DNA of 63,188 nucleotides, filler included, from Chiloscyllium plagiosum (GCF_004010195.1; 8 parts of one record of this genome joined end to end with filler, not necessarily neighbours in it), one strand, 5' to 3'; counted from the whole stretch's first letter, positions 1-13,064 are shown. Notes: generated by a model not told the origin, from the sequence alone. Program-made: numbers and translations.

Positions 1-170
1 CTCTAGCTTATCTCTCCACCCTTCAGGCTCACTGCCTTTATTCCTGATGAAGGGCTTTTGCCCGAAACGTCGATTTCGCTGCTCCTTCAATAATGCCTGA
101 ACTGCTGTGCTCTTCCAGCACCACTAATCCAGAATCTGGTTTCCAGCATCTGCAATCATTGTTTTTACCT
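1..170 (+). mobile_element. Penelope-like element terminal repeat (pLTR) / short derivative
   Basis: cctgatgaagggcttttgcccgaaacgtcg...ccagcatctgca motif, repeated at 20866, 22692, 22963, 27453 and 56462, where it adjoins a GIY-YIG coding remnant. Confidence 0.75.
44..71 (+). ncRNA. Minimal type I hammerhead ribozyme core
   Basis: CUGAUGA-A-GGGC(UUUU)GCCC-GAAA-CGUC; intact core, palindromic ACGU, weak stem I. Confidence 0.65.
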
Positions 171-1370
171 TACTGAACTATTAGGTCCACCTGGTTGACC
201 TCATTACAATCACTACAGATGTCTCTGATTCTATTTATGGGGATAGGCAGGCCATTGATATTCACTACAAACTCACTAACTCCTATAGTTACCTGGACTA
301 CATATCCTCACATCCTGCTTCCTGTAATGACCCCATTTCATCTCTCAGTTTCTCCATCTCATTGCATCCATTCTAATGATGCCAGCTTCTAGAAATGGGG
401 GCCTCCGAAATGTCCACCTTCTTCCACAACTGAGGATTTCCCACCACTGTGATTAACAAAGTCCTCAGCTGTGTCCAACCCATCTCCCACACTTTGGTCC
501 CGAATACTTCTCATCCCTCCCACAACAGTGCTAGGGTCCCCAAGTCCTCACTTAACATCCCAATCAGAATCCACATCCAAAGGAGTATAAGCTGCCATTT
601 CCATCACCTCCAGTGAGATGCCACTACCAGACACATATTCCCCTCTGCTCCCTTGTCACACTTCGCAGGGACCATTCTTTCCAGGACACCCTGATCCATG
701 CCTCCTCCACTCCCAACACTTCCTCACACCACCATGGCACGTTCCCATGTAATCGCAACAGTTATAACAGCTGCATGATTACTTCCTCCTTCCTCTGTAT
801 CCAAGGGCCCACCTTCCAGGAGAAGCAGTGCTTTACCTGCACTTCATTCAGTCTAGTCTACTGCATTTGCTGCTCACAATGTGGTCTCCTCTAAATTGGG
901 GAAACAAAGTGTAGACTGGGTGACCACTTTGCAGAACACATATGTCCTGCCTGCTTGTCATTTTAACACACCACCCTGTTCCCTGGCCAACATCTGTCTC
1001 AGGCTTGCTGCAGTGCTCCAAGGAAGCTCAGCACAAGCTAGAAGAACAACACCTCATATTCCATTCGGGAACCCTGCAGGCTTTTGGATGCAATATCAAG
1101 TTCTGTAATTTTTGGTGCATAAGGCATCTTCTCGCATCTCCTTATCCTAATCCCTACACACAGGCCTTATCATCACATGGCTGCTACCATTACCAACCCA
1201 TTGTCAGCTGCTGATGGCCCCCATTAGCAGCTATCCATTCTCCCAGGTTGACCTTTATACAGTCCCTTGTCTATCCAATTGTTGTTCTCTCTTTCTTTCT
1301 GGGCTCCATGTCTACCTATTGTTTACTCACGTGCTACCCCTGCTCGAACACACCACCATCACCACCACTA
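171..1370 (+). mobile_element. Degenerate Penelope-like retroelement (RT C-terminus + GIY-YIG endonuclease)
   Basis: DIHYKLTNSYSYLDY..SHP motif near 257-320; FTCTSFSLVYCICCSQCGLL*IGETK GIY-YIG-like motif at about 830-910; many stops and frameshifts. Confidence 0.8.
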
Positions 1371-1399
1371 GTGCCTTGATCCTTTGCAATTTTCCTACT

Positions 1400-2595
1400 T
1401 GTGCAACAGGTCCACAGCAGACACAATCTCCCTCATCCAATTCTCATCTCTGGAACATCTGGATAAAAAGGATACCTACATCAGGGTCCTACTTATTGAC
1501 TACAGCTCTGCCTTCAACACCCTAATTCCAAACAATCTCATCTCTAAACTCAAGATATAGGTCTCGACTCTCCCCTCAGTAACTGGATCCTTGACTTCCT
1601 GATCCATAAGCTGCAATCAGTAAGGACAGGCAACAGTATCTCCTCCACCATAATCCTCAACAAAGGTGCCCTGTAAGGCTGCATACATGGCCCCTTATTA
1701 TACTCCCTATACACTCATAACTGTGGCCACATTTCACCCCAACTCCATTTACAAGTTTGCTGACAACATACTGTTGTAGGTTGGATCTCAAACAGCGTTG
1801 AGACAGAATACAGGAAAGAGACTGAGTGCTTAGCGGCATGGTGTAAAGACAATAATCTCCATCAACGTCGACAAAATGATGGAGCTGGTCATTGTCTTCA
1901 GGAAGTGGATTGGAGGGCACGCTCCTGTCTACATTAATGGAGCTGAGGTGGAGACGGTTGAAGCATCAAGTTCCTGGGAGTGATGATCATCAACAAGGTG
2001 TCCTGGTCCACCCATGTAACTATGACGGTCAAGAAAGCACAACACCATCTCTACTTCCTTAGGAGGCTATGGAAATTCGGCATATCCACAAGGACTCTTG
2101 CCAATTTTTATAGATGCACCATAGAAAGCATCCTAACTGGATGCATCACAGCTTGGTATGGCAACTGTTCTTCCCAAGACTGCAAGAAACTACAGAGAGC
2201 AGTGAACACAGCCCAGTCCATCACCCAAACCAGCCTTCCATTCACTGGCTCCATCTACACTTCCCGCTGCCTCGGGAATGCAACCAACATAATCAAAGAC
2301 CCCTCCCAACTCGGTTATACTCTTTCCATGCCCTTCAATCCAGCAGAAGGTATAAAAGTTTGATTACACATACAGATTCAAGAACAGCTTCTTCCTCATG
2401 CTATCAGACTTTTGAATGGACCTCTCAAATGTTAATTCTGATCTCTCTCTCCCTGCACTTTCTCAGTGGCTATAACACTGTCTTCTGCACTCTATTCTGT
2501 TATGTTGATGCACTTTGTATGGTACAATCTGCCTGCATAGCATGTAAAACAACATTTTTCACAGTCCATACGTGGGACAACAATAAATCAATCTC
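1400..2595 (+). mobile_element. Rex1/Babar-type LINE, 5'-truncated RT and 3' end, inserted in the Penelope copy
   Basis: [17 protein letters not shown] and KKAQHHLYFLRRLWKFG...FYRCTIESILTGCITAWYGN motifs; 3' tail gggacaacaataaatcaa. Confidence 0.8.
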
Positions 2596-2596
2596 A

Positions 2597-2725
2597 AAAA
2601 CTCATGTATACAAACCTTTTCCTCGCTACAATCAATTCTGAAGCAGAGTCACTGAAATGTTAACTCTGCTTTATCTCCAATGATGCTGCTAGGCTTGCTG
2701 AGTTTTTCCAGCAACTTCTGTTTTC
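2597..2725 (+). mobile_element. Continuation / 3' pLTR of the Penelope-like element
   Basis: tctgaagcagagtcactgaaatgttaactctg...gatgctgctaggcttgctgagtttttccagca, similar to 33230-33570. Confidence 0.55.
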
Positions 2726-3194
2726 AATTCTGTTTGTTTGTTATGTATTATCTTTCTGTAAAATACCTTGGGACATTTACCATATTAAATATGTCATATA
2801 CGTATCTACGTATTGACACTGATCTTTTGTGTACCCTCCTCCCTTTGCCTCTTCATCGGCAACTGTACCTTCGGTTGGCCAGAACACACACTTTGCCTGA
2901 ACTTCTCCTTTTGTCTCTCTCTGTTTGTCTCTCTCTCTTTAAGATTCTGTTTATTTCCCACTTTTAAATCAAGCTTCTGATCACTTCGCCCAGTAGCCCG
3001 TTCATGGTCTCCATTGTTTGGCTGACAAGTTTCTCAGGATGGTTTCAACGTTAAGTATTCGAATTGTCATTTATATAATCAAGGCCGGTTGGTTTTTTGA
3101 GCATTGAATCCCCTTAGCCACATAAAATCAGGAACTCATTTTATATTCCCAATGCAAGTTTCCATCCAAGCCACACATTCTCCCAGCTTATGGG

Positions 3195-3360
3195 TTAAAA
3201 ACCTGGAACTTCTTCCATATCAGCATTGTGGGAATCCCAAGGCCCCAGGTGCAGCAGTGGTTTAAGAAGGAGTTCACCACCAGCTTCTGCAAGGTGATTA
3301 GAGATGGTAATAAATGCTGGCCCAGCCAGCAATACCCATATCCCATAAAAGATTAAAAAG
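3195..3360 (+). mobile_element. Old CR1/L2-group LINE 3' end
   Basis: cctggaac...caccaccagcttct...aataaatgctggcc tail, homologous to 42180-42330. Confidence 0.5.
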
Positions 3361-3479
3361 ATCTTAATCACTCCAACAATATTGCTTTACGTATCTATTA
3401 CTTGATGATGTTTGTAAATTGTATTACAATATTTACACAATGACATCAGTAAATGCAGTTTATTATGATTCACAAGCAT

Positions 3480-5410
3480 TATCAAACGGATAGTTATAGC
3501 TATTTAGATTTTCAAAAGGGTTTTGAGAAGATTCCACACTGAAGGGTGGTAAATAACTTCAGAGCACATGGAATGGGGATAGTGTACTGGATTGAGGATT
3601 GGTTAACAGAGAGTAGGAATAAATGGGTAATTCTCAACAGCAAGTTATGACTACTTAATAATGTCCCAACTGTGAACAATCTATCTCAGTGATTCGGACC
3701 CAAGTGTAGTATTTCTGAGTTTGCATATTACACACAACAACATGGTGCTTTGTGTTGTGAGGAGAATGTAAAGAGGCTTCGAGGGGATTTTGACAGCCTG
3801 AATGATTGGCCAAGAAAGTAGCAGATGGAACAGTGGATAGAATTCTCTCCTTCTTTAGAGGTGGCAAGAAAAAAAACAGGAAAGAGAAATAATTGGGTCA
3901 GCATGTCCTGGAAACAAATGTACCCTCTTCTTGCAACCTCAGCATAAGGAGAAAGTCATAGAGTCATAGCGTCATAGAGATGTACAGCACGGAAACAGAC
4001 CCTTCGATCCGACCTGTCCATGCCGACGAGCTATCCCAACCCAATCTAGTCCCAATTGCCAGCTTCCGGCCCATATCCCACAAACCCTTCCTATTCATAT
4101 ACCCATCCAGATGCCTTTTAAATGTTGCAATTGTACTAGCCTCCACCACTTCCTCTGGCAGCTCATTCCATACACTTAACACCCTCTGCATGAAAAAAGT
4201 TGCCCCATAGGTCTCTTTTATATCTTTCCCCTCTCACCCTAAACCTATGCCCTCTAGTTCTGGACTCTCCCACCCCATGGAAGAGACTTTGCCTATTTAT
4301 CCTATCCATGCCCCCTTTGATTTTATAAACCTCTATAACATCACCCCTCAGCCTCCGACACTCCAGGGAAAATAGCCCCAGCATATTCAACCTCACTCTA
4401 TAGCTCAAATCCTCCAACACTGGCAACATCCTTGTAAATTTTTTCCTAACCCTTTCAAGTTTCACAACATCCTTCCAATAGGAAGGAGACCAGAATTGCA
4501 CGCAATATTCCAACAGTGGCCTAACCAATGTCCTGTACAGTCGCAACATGACCTCCCAACTCCTGTACTCAATACTCTGACCAATAAAGGAAAGCATACC
4601 AAACACCTTCTTCACTGTCCTATTTACCTGCGACTCCACTTTCAAGGAGCTATGAACCTGCACTCCAAGGTCTCTTTGTTCAGCAACACTCCCTAGGAGT
4701 GTATAAGTGTATACACCATTAAGTGTATAAGTCCTGCTAAGATTTGCCTTTCCATAATGCAGCATCTCACATGGAAAGCAAATGGTATGTTGGCCTTTAT
4801 TGCCAAAGGTTTGCGCACAGGAACAGGGAGGTCTTTGTTTAATTGTACAGAACAGTTGTACAGAACAGTGGTGAGACTACACCTCGAGAATTGTCTTCAG
4901 TTCTGGTCCCCTTACCTAAGGAAACATATACTTGCCACTGAGGGCGTATAGCAGAGTTCACCTGACTAATTCCAGGGATGGTGGGGCTGTCCTATGAGAC
5001 TGAGGAGACTAGCTCTGTATTTTTTATAGATTAGAAGAATGAGAGGTGATGTCTACAAATTCCTAAAGGCGGAGACAGGGTAGAGGGAGAAAGGAGGTTT
5101 CCCTTGGCTGTTGGGTCTAGAAACAGGTGACATAGCTTCAGAATAAGGGTCAATCTATTTAGTGGTGAGATGAGGAGGAGTACCTCCACCCAGGGGCTAG
5201 TGAATCGTTGGAATTGTCTACCCTAGAAAGCATGACAGTTCAGTCATTGAGCATGCTCCCAATTGAGCTCAATACATGTCCAGAAGCTAATAACACCAAG
5301 GGATGTGGGGATAGTACAGGAAAATGGTCTTGAGGTAGATAATCAGACATGATCTAGAATGGAGGAAGTGACTGAAGGGGCTGAATGGCCTAAACTTGCT
5401 CTTATGTTTC
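3480..5410 (+). mobile_element. Old CR1 LINE RT/3' fragment, interrupted by an antisense CR1
   Basis: YLDFQK at about 3502; KANGMLAFIAKG...LENCLQFWSPYLRK in ORF 4757-4951; 3' gggctgaatggcct tail. Confidence 0.7.
3954..4765 (-). mobile_element. CR1 (HER1-like) LINE 3' fragment
   Basis: ORF 4163-4765 RDLGVQV...LYRTLVRPLLEYCVQFWSP...; octamer tail (ATGACTCT)n. Confidence 0.9.
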
Positions 5411-5566
5411 TATAGGCCCGGTGCTGATCGGAAGATTCGAGTCAGTAATTTTTAACAAATGGGTGAACTAGGGCAGTTCTGGGGACATTGTCGAAACATT
5501 GCCACAGAAAGGAAGATTTAGTTACTGATTTCAGTTGAGTTTGTTAACTGGGGCAACTGTGTCTAG

Positions 5567-5850
5567 GTTAGATTAGATTCCCCACAGTGTGGAAACAGGC
5601 CCTTCGGCCCAACCAGTCCACACCGACCCTCCGAAGAGTAACCCTCCCAAATTCATTTCCCTCTGACTAAAGCACCTAGCACTACGGGCAATTTAGCATG
5701 TCCAATTCACCTGGCCTGCGGGAGGAAACCTACACAGACACGGGGAGAATGTGCAAACTCCAAACAGATAATCACCCGAGGCTGGAATCAAACCTGGGTC
5801 TCTGGTGGTGTGAGGCAGCAGTGCTAACCACTGAGCCGCCATGCCACCCC
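5567..5850 (-). mobile_element. HE1/V-SINE-type tRNA-derived SINE
   Basis: Minus-strand ggcatggcggctcagtggttagcactgctgcctcac (A box), ggtttgattcc (B box), CR1-like tail gggccgaagggcctgtttccacac...(aatct)n. Confidence 0.85.
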
Positions 5851-8095
5851 AAAGGCCCCTCTTCCAAAGGGAACGGTAAAAATACAAGTTGATACATACA
5901 TGTCCAGTCTTTCCCACAAAGGAGCAGCACTGAGATGGAGCTCTCTGTAGCACCATATGCCCCACATTTATGAAGAACTCAGACTTGGAAGACCCAGCCA
6001 GACCCTGACAGTGTCAGGTGGGAATATCTGGGCCATTGCTACCAGATTACATTACAGGTGACAAACTAATCATATCTACGTTTCCAATTTGTAAATATTT
6101 AGTTGAAAATGGAGTTGTCTTGATCATTGACCATTAGGATCATTGTTCAAAGTTCATCAAGATTTGTAAGTACAGTCAATCCCAGGTTGCAAATGCTTTC
6201 TGTTCTGGAGTCCATTCACAAATCAATTTGTTTATAAGTTAGAACACGATGCTGGATAATGTAAACTTTGTAAGAACAGGAAATGTTCATATATCAGATC
6301 TTTAAAATTACACCACTGTATGGGATTGTGTTCACAAGTACAAGCATTCATAAACCACGGACCTCCTGGATTGAGTTGACTTTGGCTCAAAAATGTGAAA
6401 CAGCATTTACACAAGCAGACCACAAGGTGGCACTGTGGGCAGGTCCATGATAGTTTTATTCGGTTTATTTTTATGAATTGCTTAAATGTCATTAATAAAC
6501 AAATATGCTTTCCTGGTTTCCAGTAACATAAACCACATTAAGGGTATGCTTTGGATGGCTATCTCAGTGATTTTTTTAATAGATATTTTTATTAGAAATT
6601 TAACATTTTACAAGTTTACAAAAATAAACAAAACTCTCAAGTACAAACATTGATNNNNNNNNNNNNNNNNNNNNNNNNNNNNNNNNNNNNNNNNNNNNNN
6701 NNNNNNNNNNNNNNNNNNNNNNNNNNNNNNNNNNNNNNNNNNNNNNNNNNNNNNNNNNNNNNNNNNNNNNNNNNNNNNNNNNNNNNNNNNNNNNNNNNNN
6801 NNNNNNNNNATACATTCCATAATTAATCTGTGCCAATTTGAAAGTCCAGGGGGGGGCCCTCAGCCACCCAATTTACCAAAATATTTTTCCTTGCACAGAA
6901 AGAGAGAATAGAAAATAGTCTCTTCCCGTACATGTCCAGGGAAGGTAAGTTCGATAAGCCCAAAAGGAGAGATACGGGATCCACTTTAATTTCCGTTCCT
7001 AAAATTTCTGTCAGGGTACTTGCTACTTTAGTCCAATATCTACGGATCTTATGACAGGTCCATAGGCAAAGTACAAGAGTGCCCACCTCTGTTTTACATT
7101 TGGGACACATTGGAGATGCTCCTGCCTTAAATTTTGCCAGTCAATCCGGTGCTATATGGGCCCTATGAAGTACCTTCAGCTGGATAGCTTGAGTTCTGTC
7201 ACAGATGGTGATTCTTCTGGCGTTTTCCCAAATGTCATTCCACGTTTCTATAGAGATTTCTAGTCCCAAATCCTGATCCCATGTTTAAAGCAGATTGTCC
7301 ATATCTCCCAATACTTCATCATGTAGTAAATGATAAATAGTACTGACGGAAGATACCCCCATTGGTCGTAGTACTCTACATTCCCTATCCGATTTATAAA
7401 GACTATCTAATAACGTAGTCTTCTTCTGTATATAATCTCGAATTTGGAAGTATCGAAAGAGGTCTCCATTAGGTAATCCAAATTTCTGACGCAGAGCTGC
7501 TCAAAAGACATCAGAACCCCATCTTTAAATAGGTCCCCTAGACATGAGATACCCGTGGATCTCCAGAATTTAAAAGTGGCATCTGTAAATTACCGGTTGG
7601 AATCCCCATGCTCCCACTATCGGTGCATAGGGGGATGTTTTATGTGAGTTGCCCTCATTTTGCCGCATTATATTCCAAGCTTTAATTGTGTTTAGTATTA
7701 TAGGGTTTTTACAGTGATCCGTAATGATTTTCCTCTTGTCTGAAAATAAAAGGTTAATAAGTGGGCATTTTACTTGAGAAGCCTCGAGGTCCAGCCAGAT
7801 TGATTGTGGGTCAGACAAGACCCAATCAGCTATGTAACTTAATAAGGAACTTAACTGATATTTCCTAAAATCTGGAAAGTCCAATCCTCCCCTTGCCTGT
7901 GGAAGCTGTAGCCTCTTCAGCTTAATGAGGGGCCGTCTAGGATTCCTGATAAAGGAACCCAGCCAGCCATATAATTTACGTAGTGCCAACCTCGGCAGCA
8001 CCACGGGAAGCATTCTCATAGGGTATAGGAGACGGGGCAGGACATTCATTTCAATTAGTGCTATTCTACCCAGCCAGGAAATTGGAAGGTCTCCC

Positions 8096-8195
8096 NNNNN
8101 NNNNNNNNNNNNNNNNNNNNNNNNNNNNNNNNNNNNNNNTTAATTAATTAANNNNNNNNNNNNNNNNNNNNNNNNNNNNNNNNNNNNNNNNNNNN
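8096..8195. other. Artificial 100-nt scaffold spacer (also at 22863, 27825, 37579, 45401, 51885 and 58380)
   Basis: 44 N + TTAATTAATTAA (stops in all six frames) + 44 N, identical seven times. Confidence 0.97.
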
Positions 8196-9378
8196 CCACC
8201 AACATTAATTACTACCCCCCCCCGGATTATAATATATATATAATTAAAAAAACCCAAGGGGGAGGAGAAAATCGTTAAATCGAAAACAAATAAATAAATC
8301 CCTCTCTCCATCCCCCAAGATAATATTAAACAGTAAGGTAAAAAAAAAGAAAAGGGGGGAATATAAACCGCAATGGGGGGAAGGCAAACAAACATCCATT
8401 ATCTCTTACAATTTATCTAAGAGAGTCCAAAAATTCCTTAGCCTTTTCCGGCGATCCGAAGTTATACACGGATCCTTCATGGTTAAAGTGTAGCGTCGCT
8501 GGGTAGCGTAAGGAGTACTGAATATTTAAGTCCCTTAAACGCTTCTTCGCCTCATCGAATGCCTTCCTCTTTCGGAAGCTGGTGAAAAGTCCTGGAATAA
8601 CATGATCTTGGATCCTTTATAGATCATGGCTTGGGAATCTTTCCCAAGATTTCTAGAGGCTTCTAGAAGTATCTGCCTCTCCTTATAGCTCTGCAGCAAG
8701 ACGGGGATGCTGGTTCGAGCCGGGCCCGCGTACTGCATCCCGGTAGGCCCATTCCACCCTTACCTGGCCTGATCCAGCCTCCAGATTTAACAGCTGTGGC
8801 AGCCACTGTTCAAGAAACGCAGTAAGCTGGCCTTCCTCTTCCCGTTTGGGAAGGCCCAGCAAACGAGGGCATCAATATGATTCTCTAAGGTCCGGACTCG
8901 CTGTTCGAGAGTCCTGACCCGATCCACGACCGATTGTGCTGTAGTTTCGGAGATCGCGGCCTTTAGCTCCGCCCCTCCGACTCGACGCTCGATTTCCTTA
9001 ATGTCTCAGTCGTGCTTTTGCAGCGTGGTCGAGAGTGAGTCCCATTGGCTTCGGGACTCTTCAATAAAAGCGTCGATCTTCGCACCCAGTTTAGAGATGA
9101 TTTCCACGAGGCTCGCCACCGTAGGTAAATCCCCCGGGGTAGCTGCGGACGCCTCTGCTGCAGCTGGAGAGAGTGGGGGAGGGGTTCCTGCTTGTTGAGA
9201 GCTGCGGGCTCCCTTCCCTTTAGTCATTTTTACTGAAGATTAGATTGTTTAAATTTAATACTAAGCAACTAATTAAATTAAACAGCTATTTTAAATGATT
9301 TGGTGAGTGTGGTGGGGGTGGGTGACCCACTTTGCCCAAGTCTTGGGAGGAGCACTGTAGACTCAGACTTGCTGGGTC

Positions 9379-9390
9379 GCCGCCATCTTG
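9379..9390 (-). promoter_or_regulatory. YY1-type motif at the L1 5' end (CAAGATGGCGGC)
   Basis: The element starts GGGGATCCAAGATGGCGGC on the minus strand, resembling the mammalian L1 5' YY1 site. Confidence 0.65.
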
Positions 9391-9674
9391 GATCCCCCTC
9401 AGTGATTTTTAAAACTCCTTCATATATGTTCAAGCAGCTCGCTTCGTCAGCCACATGAAGATTTCAAGGGATTCCACCAATGGGATATTTCCACCAAACT
9501 GATGGAGAAGGGAAAGTTCCCACAATCAACAAAGCATTCCCACTGAGTACAAGAATGATTACATAAATGGTGTAAACTCCGGATTAATTTTGGATTTGGA
9601 TGCATTTGCAGAACAATCAATGTATACTTTCCTACAGGGCCGTTGAAGCTGGCTCTGTGAATTACTCCTTTTAG

Positions 9675-10345
9675 AGTCAGACTCAGGGATGTACAGCATG
9701 GAAACAAGCCTTTTGGCCAACTCATCCACACCAACCAGATATCCTAAATTAATCTAGTCCCATTTGACCCGTATCCCTGTAAACCCTTCCTATTCATATA
9801 TCCATCCGGATGCCTTTTAAATGTTGTAGTTGTACCAGCCCCCACCACTTCCTCTGGCAGCTCATTCCTTACACACATCACCCTGTGCACAAAAACGTTG
9901 GCCCTCAGCTGCCTTAGAAATCTTTCCCCTCTCACCTTAAACCTGTGCCCTCTAGTTTGGACTGCCACTCCCTGGGGAAAAAGACCTTGGCTATTCACCT
10001 ATCCATGCCCCTAATGATTTTGTAAACCTCTATAAGGTCACTCCTCAGCATCCCACGCTTCAGGGTAAATAGCCCAGCCTATTCAGCCTCTCTATATAGC
10101 GCAAACCCTCCAACCCTAGCATCATCCTTGTAAATCTTTTCTGAACCCTTTCAAGTATAACAGCTTTCCTACAGCAGGAAGACCAGAATTGAATGCGGTA
10201 TTCTAAAAGTGGCCTCAGCAATGCTCATGTCCCGCCACATGACCTCCCAACTCCTATACTCAGTGCAGTGACCAATGAAGGCAAGTTTGCCAAATGCCTT
10301 CTTCACCACACTGCCTACCTGCAACTCTACTTTCAAGGAACTATC
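9675..10345 (-). mobile_element. CR1 LINE 3' fragment
   Basis: TRGHRFKVRGERF, SSLKVELQV motifs; same family as 3954-4765. Confidence 0.85.
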
Positions 10346-10769
10346 CCCCTGCAGCCCTAGGTGTGCATTTCCCACTGCATCAAGGTCTGAGCTAACCATT
10401 ACTTGTGTGTGCTGTGAACCGCTGACTGCTCCCATTATTGATATTCCCCACACAGGCTCATTGGAACCATCACCAATGGATCCAGTCACAGCTGGCTGTT
10501 GTCACTCTGCTAGATTTTTATGTGACTGGCTGCTTCCAAGGATCCACTGGAGACTTGTGAGGGCTCTCACAGTCCTCAAATGGTAAATCTATTGAGGCTG
10601 TTACTGCTGCAGGTTGTGCCAGAACACACTGTTTCACTTTGTTTCCCCATATCGAGGTCAGTGCTGCAGTCTAGGCACAAGATGTTGCCAAAGTAACTGG
10701 CTTCCACCAAGTGCAGGGTGCAGTAGCCAGTACACTCATTGTGTTAACATGGCCAATATAATTTGCAGC

Positions 10770-11190
10770 TGACTTCATTAAGAGAAAAAGATTCCATTCT
10801 GTCATTATACAACTCATTTCTGATCATCAGTGTCACATCTTAGATGTTTGCACCAGATACCTTGAGTATCAGATACTCCCATATTCATGATTCGTTTCAA
10901 GGTTCAGGTGCTTTACAAGGGCCTCTCCTTGCTACCATGGCTGATGACTCCAAGACATGAGCCCCTGACTGAAGTGGAGCCTCGATACAACAGAGACCAT
11001 TCTTTCACCAAGGCCATTATGGAGCAGGTGATAGGATTCCTGAGGCAAGGTTCCGATGATTTGATGAGTCTGGGGATATCTTGCAGTACGCTTCCGACAG
11101 TGTGTGTCAAATGATCCCAGCATACTGTGCCCTGTGCAAAAGGAGCAGGCAAAGATGGGGTGTGATGGATGGTGGCAGTGGAAGTGTGGC
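10770..11190 (+). pseudogene. PIF/Harbinger DDE transposase remnant
   Basis: KRKRFHSVIIQLISDHQCHILDVCTRY (10780-10860) and LLPWLMTP..PLTEVEPRYNRDH...MEQVIGFL (ORF 10887-11114) match HARBI1-family motifs. Confidence 0.75.
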
Positions 11191-11394
11191 AGCAGTGTGC
11201 TGAGGAGGAAGCAGACAGTGAGGAGAACATTCAACCTGATATGGTGATGCAGTATTGGGCATGACAAACCAGGCAGGACTTTACTGACACCTGGCTCCAA
11301 TAGAGGTGATTGAGTCAAGTCACCATTCATTGTCTGTATAGTTGTTGTTGCTCAAGGATATGGAAGATACAGAATGTAGGTAAATAGATGGCAA

Positions 11395-11590
11395 CCCACC
11401 TAATTTGCACATCCCTGGACGCCATGGACAATCCATCTAACCTGTGCATCTTTGGACTGTGGGAGGAAACCCACATAGACACAGGGAGAATGTGCAAACT
11501 CCACACAGACTGTCGCCTGAGGCTGGAATTGAACCTGGGCCCCTGGCACTATTAGGCAGCAGTGTTAGCCACTGAGCTACTGTGCCACCT
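11395..11590 (-). mobile_element. HE1/V-SINE-type SINE
   Basis: Minus-strand ggtggcacagtagctcagtggctaacactgctgcc...ggttcaattcc...gtgtggagtttgcacattctcc. Confidence 0.8.
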
Positions 11591-13064
11591 TTTCTAGAGC
11601 CAGCAAGAGAAAGTTATTAAGAGTAAGGCCTCAGCATGTACCCCACTTCTACACAGAATTAGCACCGAATTCCGCTCAACAAATATCTGTCTCTCAATCT
11701 GAGAATGTTGAGCAGCCTGGGAAAAGAACCATCTTACATAAGTAAAATGTTCAATTCAATTCAAATTCTGGATATATTTGACTTTTAAGACATGCTATTT
11801 GTTGTGCAACAAAATGTGATCTTCACATGCTCCAAGTGATCTTTTACAGCAGAGATCACAAACAAGTGTCAGTTTAATGTTGTGTACTCTGGTGCTTGGA
11901 AATCAATGTGGCACTGAGCCTTATATTGATTTGGAGCTGGCATTCTATCAACATAGATTATAAAGATAATGGTCTTAAACTCTCTGAAGAACTGTGGATT
12001 CTTTTCAGGATTCATGCTGCACTTTGTAATAACAAACATTTTCTATTTCTAGAGAACACACACATATTCAGGATGACCAAAATGCTGAACACAAACTTAT
12101 GATAAGACAGCAGTGATGGAAAATTAAAAATATATGTCTCCCCTGGCCTGTGTGGATTAAGAACATAGACAATGTGACATGAATCGGTGAGCCAATAGGT
12201 AACATACAATTTGTCTTGTCACAGGCTGCTCTTAGCTGAAGCTGCTGATGAAACTTACATAAAAGCTCTGCTAAATCTCTCGCTGCACTCCAAAGATAAT
12301 GAGACCAGAACTCCAGAGTCTCACTTTAACATGATAATCTAAATTCTTCAAAGCTGAGGGGTTACATTTTACAAGCCCATAATCATGTCCTCCCAGTAGC
12401 AAAGGAGTGGTTACGATGTAAGCAGCATTTTACCATCTGTCATTGTTTTCCTTATCACCTTCGAATGGTTCTTAGATAGAAAACTGACCCTTTCAAAGTG
12501 AAGGAATCACAGGAATACATTCATATAAATGTTTTGCCTGGGAGTGTATTCCATATGTCGATTAGCACACTATAAGCAATTTCTTCTAATCTTTAGTTTT
12601 GCTTAAGGCATACCAATCTTGTATTTATGTAGTTCTGAAATCTCAATCTGACATTACATATCCTGATTACAACAGCATTATCTACATTTTATAGCATTTT
12701 GCAACATTTTACAGCACTTTACAGCATTTTAAAGAGGTGGACTGTGCCTTGACAAGTCAAATCACTTTTTCTAATGTGGCAAATTTACATCCAACTAGTT
12801 TTCTTCAAGAATATTTTTGGTCTTGAGTGGGGGAGGGGTTATCATGGAGCCATAAAATATTAAAAACTAAACCCTGGAGGATAGGAGCAGAATTTATATA
12901 TATATATATATATATTACTGCTGTCCTCTCTGCTAAAGGTGGAGGCTTTTTATTGAACAAGGCATTCCAATGTACCCAGTTTTATAATCTTATAAGTTTA
13001 CATTTAATTGGGTAACTCCATTATTATAAGCCTTGCTGATTTATCTTTTTTTAACAATCGGAGT

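Larger units (their letters stand above)
6576..9397 (-). mobile_element. Full-length L1-clade retrotransposon (copy 1); most of ORF2 lies in an assembly gap
   Basis: 13-bp TSD ctcagtgattttt at 6563-6575 and 9398-9410 followed by aaaa; ORF1 remnant 9227-8413 (LFQDFSPA, YSLRYPATL); ORF2 3' part 8095-6820 (KMNVLPRLLY, GGLDFPD, CPKC zinc-knuckle region). Confidence 0.9.

Noticed and set aside
8140..8151. TTAATTAATTAA as a biological motif
   Set aside because: Always centred in exactly 88 Ns; an artificial six-frame stop linker. ORFs ending at these linkers are artefacts.
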